Assembly (NCBI GenBank): GCA_951406725.2
Contig: OX597815.1
Location: forward strand, 93,682,001-93,746,000
DNA: 64,000 nucleotides
DNA from: Octopus vulgaris
Lineage: Eukaryota
Direction of reading: 5' to 3'
This document shows positions 1 to 12,400 of the stretch, piece after piece (position 1 is the stretch's first letter; each line of letters starts with the position of its first letter). The position numbers and the translations under genes were made by a program. The notes beneath the pieces were generated by a model. The model did no database searches and was not told where the DNA came from. It worked only from the letters and a program-made list of their open reading frames with translations.

Positions 1-99
1 CTCTGGTTCACCAGTAAGATAGAAAAAAGTGAGTTTATTTCATGTTCTATGGAGTTGCTGGAAAGAAGGGACATAGTGTATTTCATAGCTACCAAAGTT

Positions 100-300
100 C
101 ACCCTATGTTGTTAAACTTCAAGGCACTCCAGCTGTGATCATCTCATCTGTTTTGGGCACAATGTACTTTGACTGCATTATGTACTGTATCCTTCTTTTT
201 CTTGAAGATGGTAGAATGTAATTTGAGGGAGATATGGTTGATGTTTATTTCTAACAGGCCAAGCAATCATACATAGGTTCCTTTGATAGCTCAGTAGAGA
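100..300 (+). repeat. Representative of an abundant unclassified ~250-bp interspersed repeat (TTTGAGGGAGATTTGGCTGCTATTTCTAGCAGG core)
   Basis: Degenerate copies in both orientations, e.g. about 740-930, 8090-8260, 14640-14740, 21480-21670, 26330-26540, 26840-27030, 28990-29145, 34580-34990, 41840-42150, 52480-52690 and 53880-54050. Confidence 0.7.
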
Positions 301-939
301 CTCCCTGGTTCTTCAAGCAGGGTTGACAACAGATTTTAGAAAAGACTGAAGACAAGTGCTGACAATCGACTGCTCTGCAGGATACCTTTTCTGACAATGT
401 ATGACGTCAGATTTAATTGTCTAGTTTTCCCAAATACAATAATGTTCCAAGTCTTTACTGTATAAACGTATTGAGTTCTCCAATTTTAGAGGTAGTAATA
501 TGCAATTTAACCTACTAGTTCCTATGTATAGTAGATACTATAAATTGTCTAACATAACGAATTTTTTTTCAATATAAATAAAAAAAAACATCTCTTTTCC
601 CGCGTCCGTAAATTAATGCAGAATAAAAGTGATATCAACAGAAGGAACTGTTATTCTAGATCCCTCCTGTCAAAAAGTAATCTAGTGCAGATCCTTATAA
701 TCAGCACTAATTAGAATCCTACAAGGAAGCCTATATGTGGTCATGTACGCGGCTAGAAATAGAAATTAAATTTATGCAAATTATACTCAACGAATTTTTT
801 AAAATGGATACATTTAATCAAATACTTCTATTTACATTATATTTGAAAGAAAAATAGGATGGTCATGGCTGGAATGCCTTTGATCATAGGTTTGTTTGCT
901 TGATGAGAGCTGACTTGCGGTCCAAACTATATAGCTAGT

Positions 940-1097
940 TAATCATGCGGCATGTTTGAGCGCAATTTTCCTGTTTGTTACCATTTCGATCATCCGTAGT
1001 ATTTGTGCGTGTAGCATTATTTCTCTTTCAAACGTATATATATTAACATAACGAGTGGTGGCTGCTGTGTATAACAAAGGGACATTATAAGACGGTC
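940..1097 (+). promoter_or_regulatory. Probable LSM5 promoter/5' UTR; locally CpG-retaining
   Basis: Directly upstream of the ATG; CpGs visibly more frequent (about 940-2500) than in the intron body; pyrimidine run TTCTCTTTC at 1021-1029 is a weak TCT/initiator candidate. TSS not determinable. Confidence 0.5.
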
Positions 1098-1140
1098 ATG
1101 GCGACTACTTTTACCAATCCTTCCCAGTTGTTACCGCTTG
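1098..1140 (+). CDS. LSM5: LSM5 coding exon 1 ([14 protein letters not shown] + first base of Glu)
   Basis: gtcATGG start context; encodes TNPSQLLPL, typical of the LSm5 N-terminus; donor TTG|GTGCGT at 1141, phase 1. Confidence 0.95.
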
Positions 1141-4100
1141 GTGCGTAATTTAATTACAACTTATCTCCTCATCGTCTGTATCTATCCATCAAGATTTTCT
1201 ATATACATATTCCATTTTGTTTCACTAATCCCATTTTAAAATACTGTTTCATTTACACCTTCACCTCTTCCTTTCTCAACGAAATCTCCAACCAAAATAT
1301 TTTAAAAGCACGTGTTCTATGGAATTAGTGATTTACCTTTTATTTTCTAATTTATTTTGTTCCTGAATATTCTAACTTATAAACATTAGATTAGTTTCGA
1401 ATTATACACTGTTGTTTCTCAGTTTCTGTTATTCAACTTTCGTAGTTTAGACTTTTTTTTCGAATTAAATGTCAACAGCTTTACTTGAGTGTTATAATTT
1501 CAATGCAGTTGAGAAAGCCGAACTATATTGTTTTTAATCATTAAAAGAGGGCAAGCGAGCATGGTTGTGTATTTATAAACTCATTACAACATTATTTCAG
1601 TGCCAATGAATAATCTATAACGCATAGTTATACGATTCTCATAATATAATTTCATTGTAATAGCTTTAGTATCGTTGAATGCATTACAAATATTGAAGAC
1701 CGGTCGGTATAAGGAGTATAAATTATGAATATTGATTTTTTTTTTAACACTGACTTAAGGTATATAAATATATAAAGGCATTTCTATATACGGTTTATAT
1801 AACGGAAAAGAGCTTATATATATATTTTGTAGGTATCAGCTCTGCTTATTGTCCTGTTATAAAAAAATATATCCCACAAGATTCATTCCGGATTATATAC
1901 CCAGTTTTTATTTAAGATTTTAAATTGTTATTGTTTAATTGCATAATGTTAGCTAAGTTCATGTATAGATAATTTGCAGTGGTTCTTCCTTTAGCCGTTG
2001 TAAAAACTCCTTTCACTTTCACTGAAATACTTCCTGTTCATATTGAGGCATTTATGCAATTGATTCACACGAGTGTATACTTTGGGTTCGTTACATAGAA
2101 ACAAACAAACCCTTTAAAGTTATTGCTAACTCTATATAGGAAGTGTTCGGTGCTTGAAAATATCAAGTTTGCGTGGCGGTTTCAACTCTAGCTGCAACTG
2201 TTTTTTCTTTTGCTTCGCTAATGCCTTTCTTAGGGACATAAATGGCTCAGTATTTCATTTCCTCTATCCATATATTTTGTCCGGTTGCGTATATGTTCCT
2301 TTTCTTACATCTTTGTTTCTATACCATCACGCTTCGTATGTATGTGTTTGTGAGTAATGATTTACGTAAAATTCGGAAGAACCGGTATAAAGTTTCAACT
2401 TCGAATAAGAATTGTATATGTATAGTGATGACTAACATACTTAATATAGTGTTCCAAATAAAAATTAACTTTAACAATTCTTGTCAAGAGAAATAAGGAT
2501 GACAACGCTGAAATCCAAATCGATTGAAAATAAATGGATGTATTTAATGGAAGGGGTGAGTCTGAGCTTTGATAACTATTTGTATATATATATATATATG
2601 TGTGTGTGTATATATACACACGCACATTAAATGTCCACCTTCCATGCTGGCATAAGTTGAATGGTTTGACAGGATCTGGCGAGTTACAAAACTGAACTTC
2701 AGTATCAGCTTTGGCATGGTTTCTATGGCTAGATGCCTCTCCTAAGGCCAACGATTTTATAGAGGTGTATTGGGTGTATTTTTCCATGCTACTGGCATTT
2801 GTGAGATTGCTGTGTAACTTGCAAGACTGGAAAAGAACAGGTGTGGCGGGGTGTAAAGAATGGAGTAGAGAAGAAAAGTGAGCAGTGGCTGAAGGCACAA
2901 AAAGGTGTGATTGGTTGAAAGTGTGTGGGTAGGGATGCAGGATTGTGACATGGTTATGGCTTCACTTCCATTGGATGATATTTTGGACAAGTGTTCTCTG
3001 CTATAGCTTTAAGCTAACCAAAACCTTGTAAGCAAATTTGGTTGACTGAAACTCTAAGAGGCCTCTGTGTGTATGTGTATATATATATGTATGTGTATCT
3101 CCTTGTCTTGGCATCAAGTGATAATTGCAAAATAGTGTCACCTTACCTTCCAATCTTGTGAAAATATGTTGGCATGGGAAATATCTTGCTTGGAAATACA
3201 CACACACATATAGCCATATATATATATATGCCTTTCCTCCCTTGGACACACAAAGACCTGTTGAGGCAAGCGAAGTCAATATCGAACCTCATCCGACGAC
3301 AGGCACCCATGCCAACCCCACCTTTGCTTGCGAAGACCTGTTGGGGCAAGTGAAATCGAATCGAAATTGAACCAATCCTATGACTGGCACCCGGCAGATG
3401 CCAGGACCCCTGGACTGGTGGTACATAAAAAGCACTATCCGAATCGTGGCCGATGCCAGCGCCACCTCGACTGGCTTCCGTGCCGGTGGCACGTAAAAAG
3501 CACCATCCGAATCGTGGCCGACGCCAGTGCCACCTTGACTGGCTTCCATGCCGGTGGCACGTAAAATGCACCAATCTGACCGTGGCCGTTGCCAGCCTCG
3601 CCTGGCACCTGTGCAGGTGGCACATAAAAAGCACCCACTACACTCACGGAGTGGTTGGCGTTAGGAAGGGCATCCAGCTGTAGAAACATTGCCAGATAAG
3701 ACTGGAGCCTGGTGCAGCCTTCTGGCTTCCAGATCCCCGGTCGAACCGTCCAACCCATGCTAGCATGGAGAACGGATGTTAAACTATGATGATGATGATG
3801 ATGATATATCATCATCATTATCGTTTAACGTCCGCTTTCCATGCTGACGCAGGTTTGACTGGCGAGCCAGGATCCAATCTGATCTAGCAAAGTTTCTACA
3901 GCTGGATGCCCTTCCTAATGCCAACAACTCCGAGAGTGTAGTGGCTGCTTTTATGTGCCACTGGCATGAGAGCCAGTCAGGCAGTTCTGGCAATGACCAT
4001 GCTCAAAAGGTGTTTTTCACGTGCTACCTGCACGTGAGCCAGTCCGGTGGCACTGGCAATGACCACGCTCGAATATTGGTTTTCATGTTCCACAGGCACA

Positions 4101-5636
4101 TGTGCCAGTAAGGCAATGCTGGCAATGATCACTCTCAAATGGCTCTTTTTATGCACCACCAGCATGGGAGCCAATCTGCAGCTCTAGCAACGATCATGCT
4201 TGGATGTGCTTTTAACATTCCACTGGCATGAGTGCCAATCAGGAGGTACTGTCATCGGCCACGTCAGTGATTTTGATTTCATTACCTCAATAGGTCGTCG
4301 CAAGCAAAGTTTAATGTCCAATGAATGAGGGGTGCTCATGAGTAGGCTGGTTACACCAACTGGCATAGGCCATGGGCTATGGTCCCACTTGGCTTGTCGG
4401 GTTTTCTCAAGCACAACATATCTCCAAAGGTCTTGGTCACTAGTCATTGCCTTGGTAAGGCCCAATGTTCGAAGATCATGCTTCACCACCTCATCCCAGG
4501 TCTTCCTGGATCTACCTCTTTCACAGGTTCCCTCAACTGCTAGGGTGTGACACTTTTTCACACAGCTGTCCTCATTCATTCGCAATACATGACCATACCA
4601 GTGCAGTTGTCTCTCTTGCACACCACATCTGATTCTTCTTAAATCCAACATTTCTCTCAGGGTGCTTACACTCTGTCATGTATGCACGTTGACATTACAC
4701 ATCCAGCAGAGCATACTGGCTTCATTCCTTGCAAGCTTACACATGTCCTCAGCAATCATGGCCCATGTTTCATTGCCATGTAGCATGGCTGTTCCTACAC
4801 ATGCGTCATACAATCTACTCTTTACTCTGAGCAAGAGGCCCTTTATCACCAGCAGAAGTAAGAGCTCTCCGAACTTTGCCCAGGCTATTCTTATTCTAGC
4901 AGCTACACTTTCAGAGCATCAACCCCCCCCCCCCCGCTACTGACTTGGTTCCCTAGGTAATAGAAGCTATCAACTACTTGTAGTTTTTCTCTCTGGAATG
5001 TGACAGCTCTTCTCTGCACATTTTTAGTGCTTATAGCACTTGAACATTTGCCACATACAAAAACTATCTTCCCAGTTTGCCTTCCTTTGATATTGCTGCA
5101 CCTTTTATGTGTCCATAGCTTACACTGAGTACATCTTATGGAGTTTCTACCTATGCCTTTCCTAAAGATCAAGTCAGGCCATCTACCTGAAGGGATTTGT
5201 AATTTGTCTGCCTTCCTACTTACTAAGACTTTGGTTTTAGCTAAGTTGACTCTAAGGCCCTTTGATTCTAATCCTTGCTTCCACACCTGAAACTTTTCCA
5301 CTAGTTCTGATAGTGACTCAGCAATTAGAGCAGGGGCATCCTGTCTTGAATTCTTCTGTTATTGCCTGGAGGACTATGATGAATAAGAGGGGTCTGAGGA
5401 CTGATCCTTGATGGACCCCTATCCCTACCCGGAATTCTTCACTGTGCCAACCCTCACCTTACTGACAGCATCCCTGTACATGGCTTGCACAGCTCTCACT
5501 AACCATTTATCTATTCCTTGTTTCCTCATTGACCACTAGATAAAGTATCGAGTGACCCTGTCAAAGGCTTTCTCCATGTCAACAAAAGCCAGGTACAGAG
5601 GTTTATCTTTGGCTAGGTATTTCTCCTGCAGTTGTG

Positions 5637-5682
<46 letters not shown>

Positions 5683-8600
5683 CAAAAATGGGACAAAAAT
5701 GCGAAACATCCTGGCAGGTGATACAAAAATGGGATAACAAAACATCCAGGCAGGCAATACAAAGAAAACAAGGATGGGTCATTCAGAGTTTTCTTTCCTC
5801 AGTTGAGTTCCAGATTATCTTTGCAATTTTGGCTGGTTATACTTGAGATTGCACCAATCTGGCCAGCCCCAAAGAAAAACTAAGCTAAGAGCACTAGATT
5901 CTTTGGAAGAAAGCAGCGAATGTATACGAAAACAAGGACAGAAAAAAACAAAGAAATGGTACACAAATACAAATAACAGGACATTAACAACAGGTGTCTT
6001 TCGACTAAGGACAAATTAAATTAAGCTGGTGTGTGTGGAAGTAAAGCCTTACGGCAGGGACATAAGATTTGACAGGCACAGGGAGGAATATAGATGTTGC
6101 ACGGATGGTAGTTGAAACCAAGAAAGAAAGGTCAGGCTTGGCCAAACACCGGTCACATGGGGAGAGAAGAGAGAAAGGTAGAGGCAGAGGGATAGAAGAA
6201 TTAAGGAGGGTCAAGGAAAACAAATGAAAGGGACTAACTGAAGTGAAAGAGGAGGGAAGGTGAACATGAAGAAAAGGCTAGGAAATGTGAGAGAGGGGGA
6301 ACGAAAGAACAAAGTGTGGAATGAACGAAGTAAGTGTGAAGAGGCTGAGGGAAAGAACGAAAGAATAATATTCGTACAAAATTTAGATATATATACATAT
6401 TTACATAAGAGACCAAAGTGTATGTATGCTGCTAAAAAATACAAAAATGGGACAAGAATGGAAAACATCCAGACAGGTGATACAAAAATGGGACAACAAA
6501 ACATCCAGACAAGCAATACAAAGAAAACAAGGATGGGTCATTCAGAGTTTTCTTTCCTCAGTCAAGTTGAAGATTATCTTTACAAGTTCGGCTGGTTATA
6601 CTCGAGATTGCTCCAGTCTGGCCAGCCCCAAGGAAAAACTAAGCTAAGAGCACTAGATTCCTTGGAAGAAAGCAGCAAATGTATACAAAAACAAGGATGG
6701 GAAAAAACGTAGAAATATAAAAATAATAAAAGATGAAATGGGGCACTGTGAGTGATAAGATGACAGGAAGGTGAGAAAGCAATAGATGAGAAGTGAGGCT
6801 GAGGTTGCATGGTGAAAGGACAATAAAGGTAGCCTTGGAAGGGTTCAAAATATATCATAGCTTCTAAACTCTTTCCTTGTGTCAGGGTACATTTTACCAT
6901 TGGTAAACAGGTCTTCTGTAGCACCATGTATTGCCAATCAGTATGGTCCTTTATCATCTCTAGTGAAAGCATATGGCTTAGTGGTTAAGGTATTCAGCTC
7001 ACAATCATAAGGTCATCAGTTCGATACCCAGCAATGCATTGTGTCCACTCTTTATTTCGTGATGCCACAGTCCACTCAGCTGGTAAAAATGAGTTGTACC
7101 TGTAATTCATAGGGTCAGCCATGTCATGCTGAATCTCTGTGAGAACTATGTTAAGGGTACACGTATATGTGGAATACTCATCCACATTCACATTAATTTC
7201 ACAAGTAGGCTGTTCTGTTGATTGGATCAACTGGAACTCTTGAGTGCCAGTTATTGCCATCTCCATGCGATGCAGTATATTCAGATCAGCCCTCACTACT
7301 TCATCTCTAGTCTTTATTCTCCCTCTTATTCAAGTTTTACTAACTCAGAGTACTCAGTCAGCCACCCTTCCATTACATCCTGACAATAGTACTTCACTTT
7401 TATTCCTCCTTCTGTTTTTCCTTTCATACTCCTACTGCTTTCAGCCACTCTAGTTCTTTTATCATTTGCTATCTCTCACTTATTGTCCCTCTTGATCATG
7501 TTGCTTTGGATATACAGAAGCAGTGTAAGGTAGTAAGAACTCTCAGCTTTGCGGTGGGTAAAAGGCAACCTCACTAATGCTGGTTTTATGATAAAATGCA
7601 CCTAGTACACTTTGTAAAATGGATGTTGAATGAATGGAGGCAACCTAGTCAAAATGACCTTTAAGTATGGCCTTAAAGTATGGCAGCCTCATATTGGTGC
7701 TACAATAAAACACACTCATTGCTCTCTGTAAACTAGTTGATGTTAGGAAGGGCATACAACTGTAAAAACCATGCTAAATAAGACTATGCAAGTGAAACAA
7801 GTCTTTAGACTTGTCAATGAGGACAGTAACTCCAAATAAGAAGTGATAAGGAATCTAATGATGCATCTAATCAAGGCCAGTATGGAAAACAAATGTTAAC
7901 TGCTGATGATGATATATGTGTGTATGTATGTGTTTTGTAACTGGTATGGAAGGCCATTTCTCCAACTGATGTCTTTCATTATATCAGACTTCACATTAGT
8001 AAAGTCATACTTGGATTGTGATCTCCATATCTCTTGGGTTTTTAGCTACATAAAGTAAAATGTGTTAACTACAAGTCATTTCTGATTGCAAGATTTGTGA
8101 TTAAAAGTGCTCCAATGATGACAAGCATGTCTTTTGGTTCACCTAGGATTATGTTGTCCAGTGTTTTTTTTTCCTTTTTAAGATGATAGCCCATGATTTG
8201 ATGGTATTTGGCTGCTGTTTTCAGCAAATCAAGAAACCACATAGAGGTTTCCTCATTGGCTCATAAAATAAGTTGACTGTACTAGTGGCACTGGTTACCA
8301 CTATAGATCAGTGTAGGTCAAGTTAATGTTATATTGACCTTAAATTAGGATGGACTATTCCGGAAGGAAAACCTCTTTAATTATGAATATCTTAAATGTG
8401 AATAACAGTTTATAATTGAAAGAATGACTACAAAGTCAACAGATGAGGTTCTATTAATGAAGGCAAACAACAGTTACAAACATTTTATTATTTGACGAAA
8501 CAACTAAGATCAACTTGTGATGGAATTGGTATTTTAAGGGTTTACACTGCACAAATATATTGTTTATGATCAATAAATAGTTGTCCAGTAGGAAAATGCT

Positions 8601-9371
8601 GAGTTCTTGTCAAACATTTATTGGAAGTGGCAGTTATTTCCAGTGTGGCAAGGAATTTTGTCAGGTGTTCTATTGATTCAGTTTATCCACTGCCTTTATA
8701 ATAATAATTTCTAACTTAGGCACAAGAACATAAATTTTAGGTGAGTGTGTAGTCAATTAAAGTGATCCCTAGCACTTGCCTAGTACTAATTCTATTAATC
8801 AGAAAAGGATGAATTGTAAAATTGAATTTGCTGAGACTTGGACCTGTAATGTAAAAGTTGCTTAACTAAATTCTGCAAGTCATTTAGTCTACTAGTCTGT
8901 TGATTCTCTCAATACTCCATATTTAATGGTATTATTATTAATAATAACAATAATAATAATAATAATAATAATCGTTTCAAATTTTGGTACAAAGCCAACA
9001 ATTTCATCAACCACAAGGTCTCTCTACTCTGGAAAGATGAAAGCAAGGTCAGCCTCAGCAGATTGAACACTGAAAGTAAAGATGGACAAAATGCCACTAA
9101 GCATTTTGTTCAGTGTGATAACAATTCTGCCAGCTCGCTGCCTTAATAATAATAATAATCCTTTCTACTGGAGGCATAAGGCCTGAAATTTGGTGGGCAA
9201 GGACTAGATGATTACATCAACTTCACTGTTTCACTAGTACTTAATTTATCGACCCCAAAAGGATGAAAGGTGAAGTTGACCTTGATGGAATTTGAACTCA
9301 GAACATAGCGACAGATGAAAAGCCACTAAGCATTTTCCCTAGCATGCTAACAACTCTGCCAGCTCACCACC

Positions 9372-9412
<41 letters not shown>

Positions 9413-12400
9413 CCTTTCTACTTTAGGTACAAGGCCTAATAATTGGGGGAAAAGAGCTAGTCAATTGCGTCAGTCCCAGTGCTTAACTGGTACTTGTTTT
9501 ATTGATCCCAAAAGGGATGAAAGGCAAAGTCAACCTCAGTGGAATTTGGACGTAGAATGTAAAGAGGAATAAAACTCTAGTAAGCATCTTGTCTGATGTG
9601 CTAGCAATTCTGCCAGATCACTGCCTTAATAATAATCATTGTTGTCATCATTTAATATCTGTTTTCCATTCTTGTATGGATTGGACGGTTTGACAGGAGG
9701 TGGCAAGCCATAGAACTGCACTAGGCTCCATTGTCTGCTTTAACATGGTATTTATGGCTGGATGCATTTCCTAATGCCAACCACTTTACAGAGTGTACTG
9801 GGTGCTTTTTACATGGCACTAGCACCAACAGGGACACCTAGTAACTTGTAAGATGAAGATCCCCACCTTGGCTAGGAGAGAGTGTGATACTGAGGGAGGT
9901 GGCTTTGTGCCGGTTGAGAAGTTAAAGTATAATATAAGGATAGACATATGTGTCATACTATAGAGGAGATACTTGGTTATCTCTGCAGGGAAAGAAATAG
10001 GATTAGAGAGAAACAGACAGTGCTGGAGATGTATCATGACATACCCACAAGGCTGCATAATAACAATAATAGTAATAATAACAAGAGCACTCAGAGAGTG
10101 CAAACCTCTGCCAAGGCAACACAAACGTCCTCTCAACAATTAGCCAGGGATGATTTTTAGGATGAGAATATCTAAAATAAACCTGACTGCTCTCACAAAT
10201 GAGAATACTAAAAAAGAAACACAACCACTCTCAAAAAGTAAAAAAGAAAAAAAACAGGAAAAATAATCCAGAATCTTTATCCTGTACCAGATCAATCCCA
10301 AAATCTAATCAGTTTGTGCCAGTCACAAGGCCAAGCATCCCTGAAAGTTTTATCCGAATTCATCCAGCAGTTCTTGAGATATCTCGTCCACAGACAAACA
10401 AAGACGATTGAAAACAAACCTCCACCTTTTCAATTCTTTCAACTATAGTCACATGGCTTGAAATTTTTGGGGTTGGGGCTAGTTGATTATATTGACTCCA
10501 GTGCTTGACTGGTACTTATTTTATTGGTACTAATAGAATGAAAGGCAAAGTTAACCTTGGCAAAAGTTGAACTCAGAACTTAAAGATGGCCAAAACGCTG
10601 CTAAACACTTTGGCATTCTAAGAATTCTGCTAGCTTGCCATTTTAATAATAATAATAATTTCAAATTTTGGCACAAGGCCAGGAATTTTAGGGGAGGGAC
10701 AAATTGATTATTTGAATGCCAGTATCTGACTGATACTTTATTGACCTTGAAAGGATGAAAGGTAAAGTTGTTCTTGGCAGCTTTTGAACTCAAGAATGTA
10801 AAGAGTGGGAAGAAATGCTGCTACTGGTATTCTGTCTGAATATGATAATCCTTTCTACTAAAGGCACAAGGCCTAAAATTTGTGGGGAGGGGACTAGTAG
10901 ATTACATCGGCCCCTGTACTTTACTAGTATTTATTTTATTGACCCTGAAAGGATGAAAGGCAAAGTTGATCTCAACAGAATTTGAACTCAGAACATAGAA
11001 ACATGAAACTCTGCAAAGCATTTTGGCCAGTGTGCTAACAATTCTTCCTGCTCACTACCTTCATATAATAATAATAAGGTTTTCAATTGAAGGACAAGGT
11101 CAGAAGAAGGGCTTAGTCAATGCCATCAACTCTAATACTTGACTGTTTCTTTATTTTATTGAGCTTGGATGGATGAAAGATAAAGCTGACCTCAGTGGGA
11201 TTTGAACTCAGAATGTAAAGAAACTAAATATATACACAAGGTATTCTGCCAATCCACTGCCCTAATTGTTAAAGTTTTTGTCTTATTTATACAGGTATGA
11301 ACATTTGAGGAAGGAAGTGTGTGTAATGCAGATGTGAAGAGTTAAAAAGTATATGGGGATATAGGTGCGAAGAGTATGCGAAACATGGGATATAGATGTG
11401 AACAGTTTGGAAGTATATGGGATATAGATGTGGAGAGTGAAGAAGCTTATGAGACAGGTGTGGAGAGTGAGGAAGCATATGGGATACAGATGTGGAGAGT
11501 TAATGATGGATGTGGGATATAGATGTGAAGACTTGATGTAGTATGTTGAATACAGGTTTGAAGAGTTAGGGAAGTGTTGGAATGCAGGTGTGAAGAAGAG
11601 TTGAGGAAGTGTATTTTGTATTGTTCTGTAAAGTGATGTTGATATTAAAAAAGGCTCTATAATAATCTGTGTATTAGAAATGAAGTGATGTTTGATAATA
11701 TATTGTATAACAATATGTTGAGTGTTATGCCACAATAACTGGTGAAACATTCTTTGAAGAAAGGTTGGCCCATAGTGTGCAGAAGAAACAGCTATAGTGA
11801 TAATGAACATTTAATGTTCATATGTAATGTTTTGGGAGATTAGCTGGTGTAGAAATTAAATCTAGAAAAAATTTTGATGAAGCTTGAAAATGCGGTGGTC
11901 AGGTTTCTTGAAGATTAGAAGAGACATCCAAGAACTTTAGATATTTACTGTGTTGCTAACCTATTCAGTGCATGCTAGGTTTTGATGAAGATAAATCAAC
12001 ACTTTAGCACCAGTGTCAGTAATTGAGCAAACTTGTATAAAATTCAGCCATTGTGATATTTACAAATCTCTGTGTATTAAAAAAGAAATTGAATCTCCAA
12101 ACTTGAATTACGTTCTGTAATATATTTTGCACTCTTAACTTCATATCCACCCTGATCCAAAGACCTATCATCTAAGACCTTCATGTTATGACTATTTTAT
12201 CTTTTTTTTTTCTTTTAGACGAACATGGTTGTGCGTTTTAAGAAGTTCATTATGCAACAATGTTGGTTCAGGTTCAATCCCACTGTGTGACACATTGGGC
12301 TCATTGAGTAAAGCTTTGTGACTGAAATGTCATTGATGGAAAGTGTGTGGCATCTCAAACAGCTCTCTGTCTGAGGATAATTTCCTATTGGTCTCAGAGA

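Noticed and set aside
3585-3612. CCAGCCTCGCCTGG resembling the P3/L3 of HDV-like ribozymes
   Set aside because: P1, P1.1, P2 and the catalytic-C strand could not be assembled, and RTE-associated HDV-like ribozymes are expected at the 5' end rather than the 3' UTR.
3380-4260. Regularly spaced palindromic repeats superficially like a CRISPR array
   Set aside because: The units are degenerate tandem copies without unique spacers, lie in an RTE LINE 3' UTR, and there are no cas genes; the context is eukaryotic.
6530-6570. Hammerhead-like CTGAGGA..AGA/TCT..GAAT on the minus strand (also about 5771-5810)
   Set aside because: Both copies have GAAT rather than GAAA, and I could not form helices I and III or find a cleavage triplet.
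6968-7035. tRNA-like sequence with A and B boxes
   Set aside because: No convincing acceptor stem or cloverleaf, and it continues into a repeated SINE body; it is a SINE head, not a tRNA gene.
11283-11810. Longest ORF in the track (175 aa, minus strand)
   Set aside because: It is open largely because it crosses the 32-bp minisatellite; no recognisable domain or splice support.
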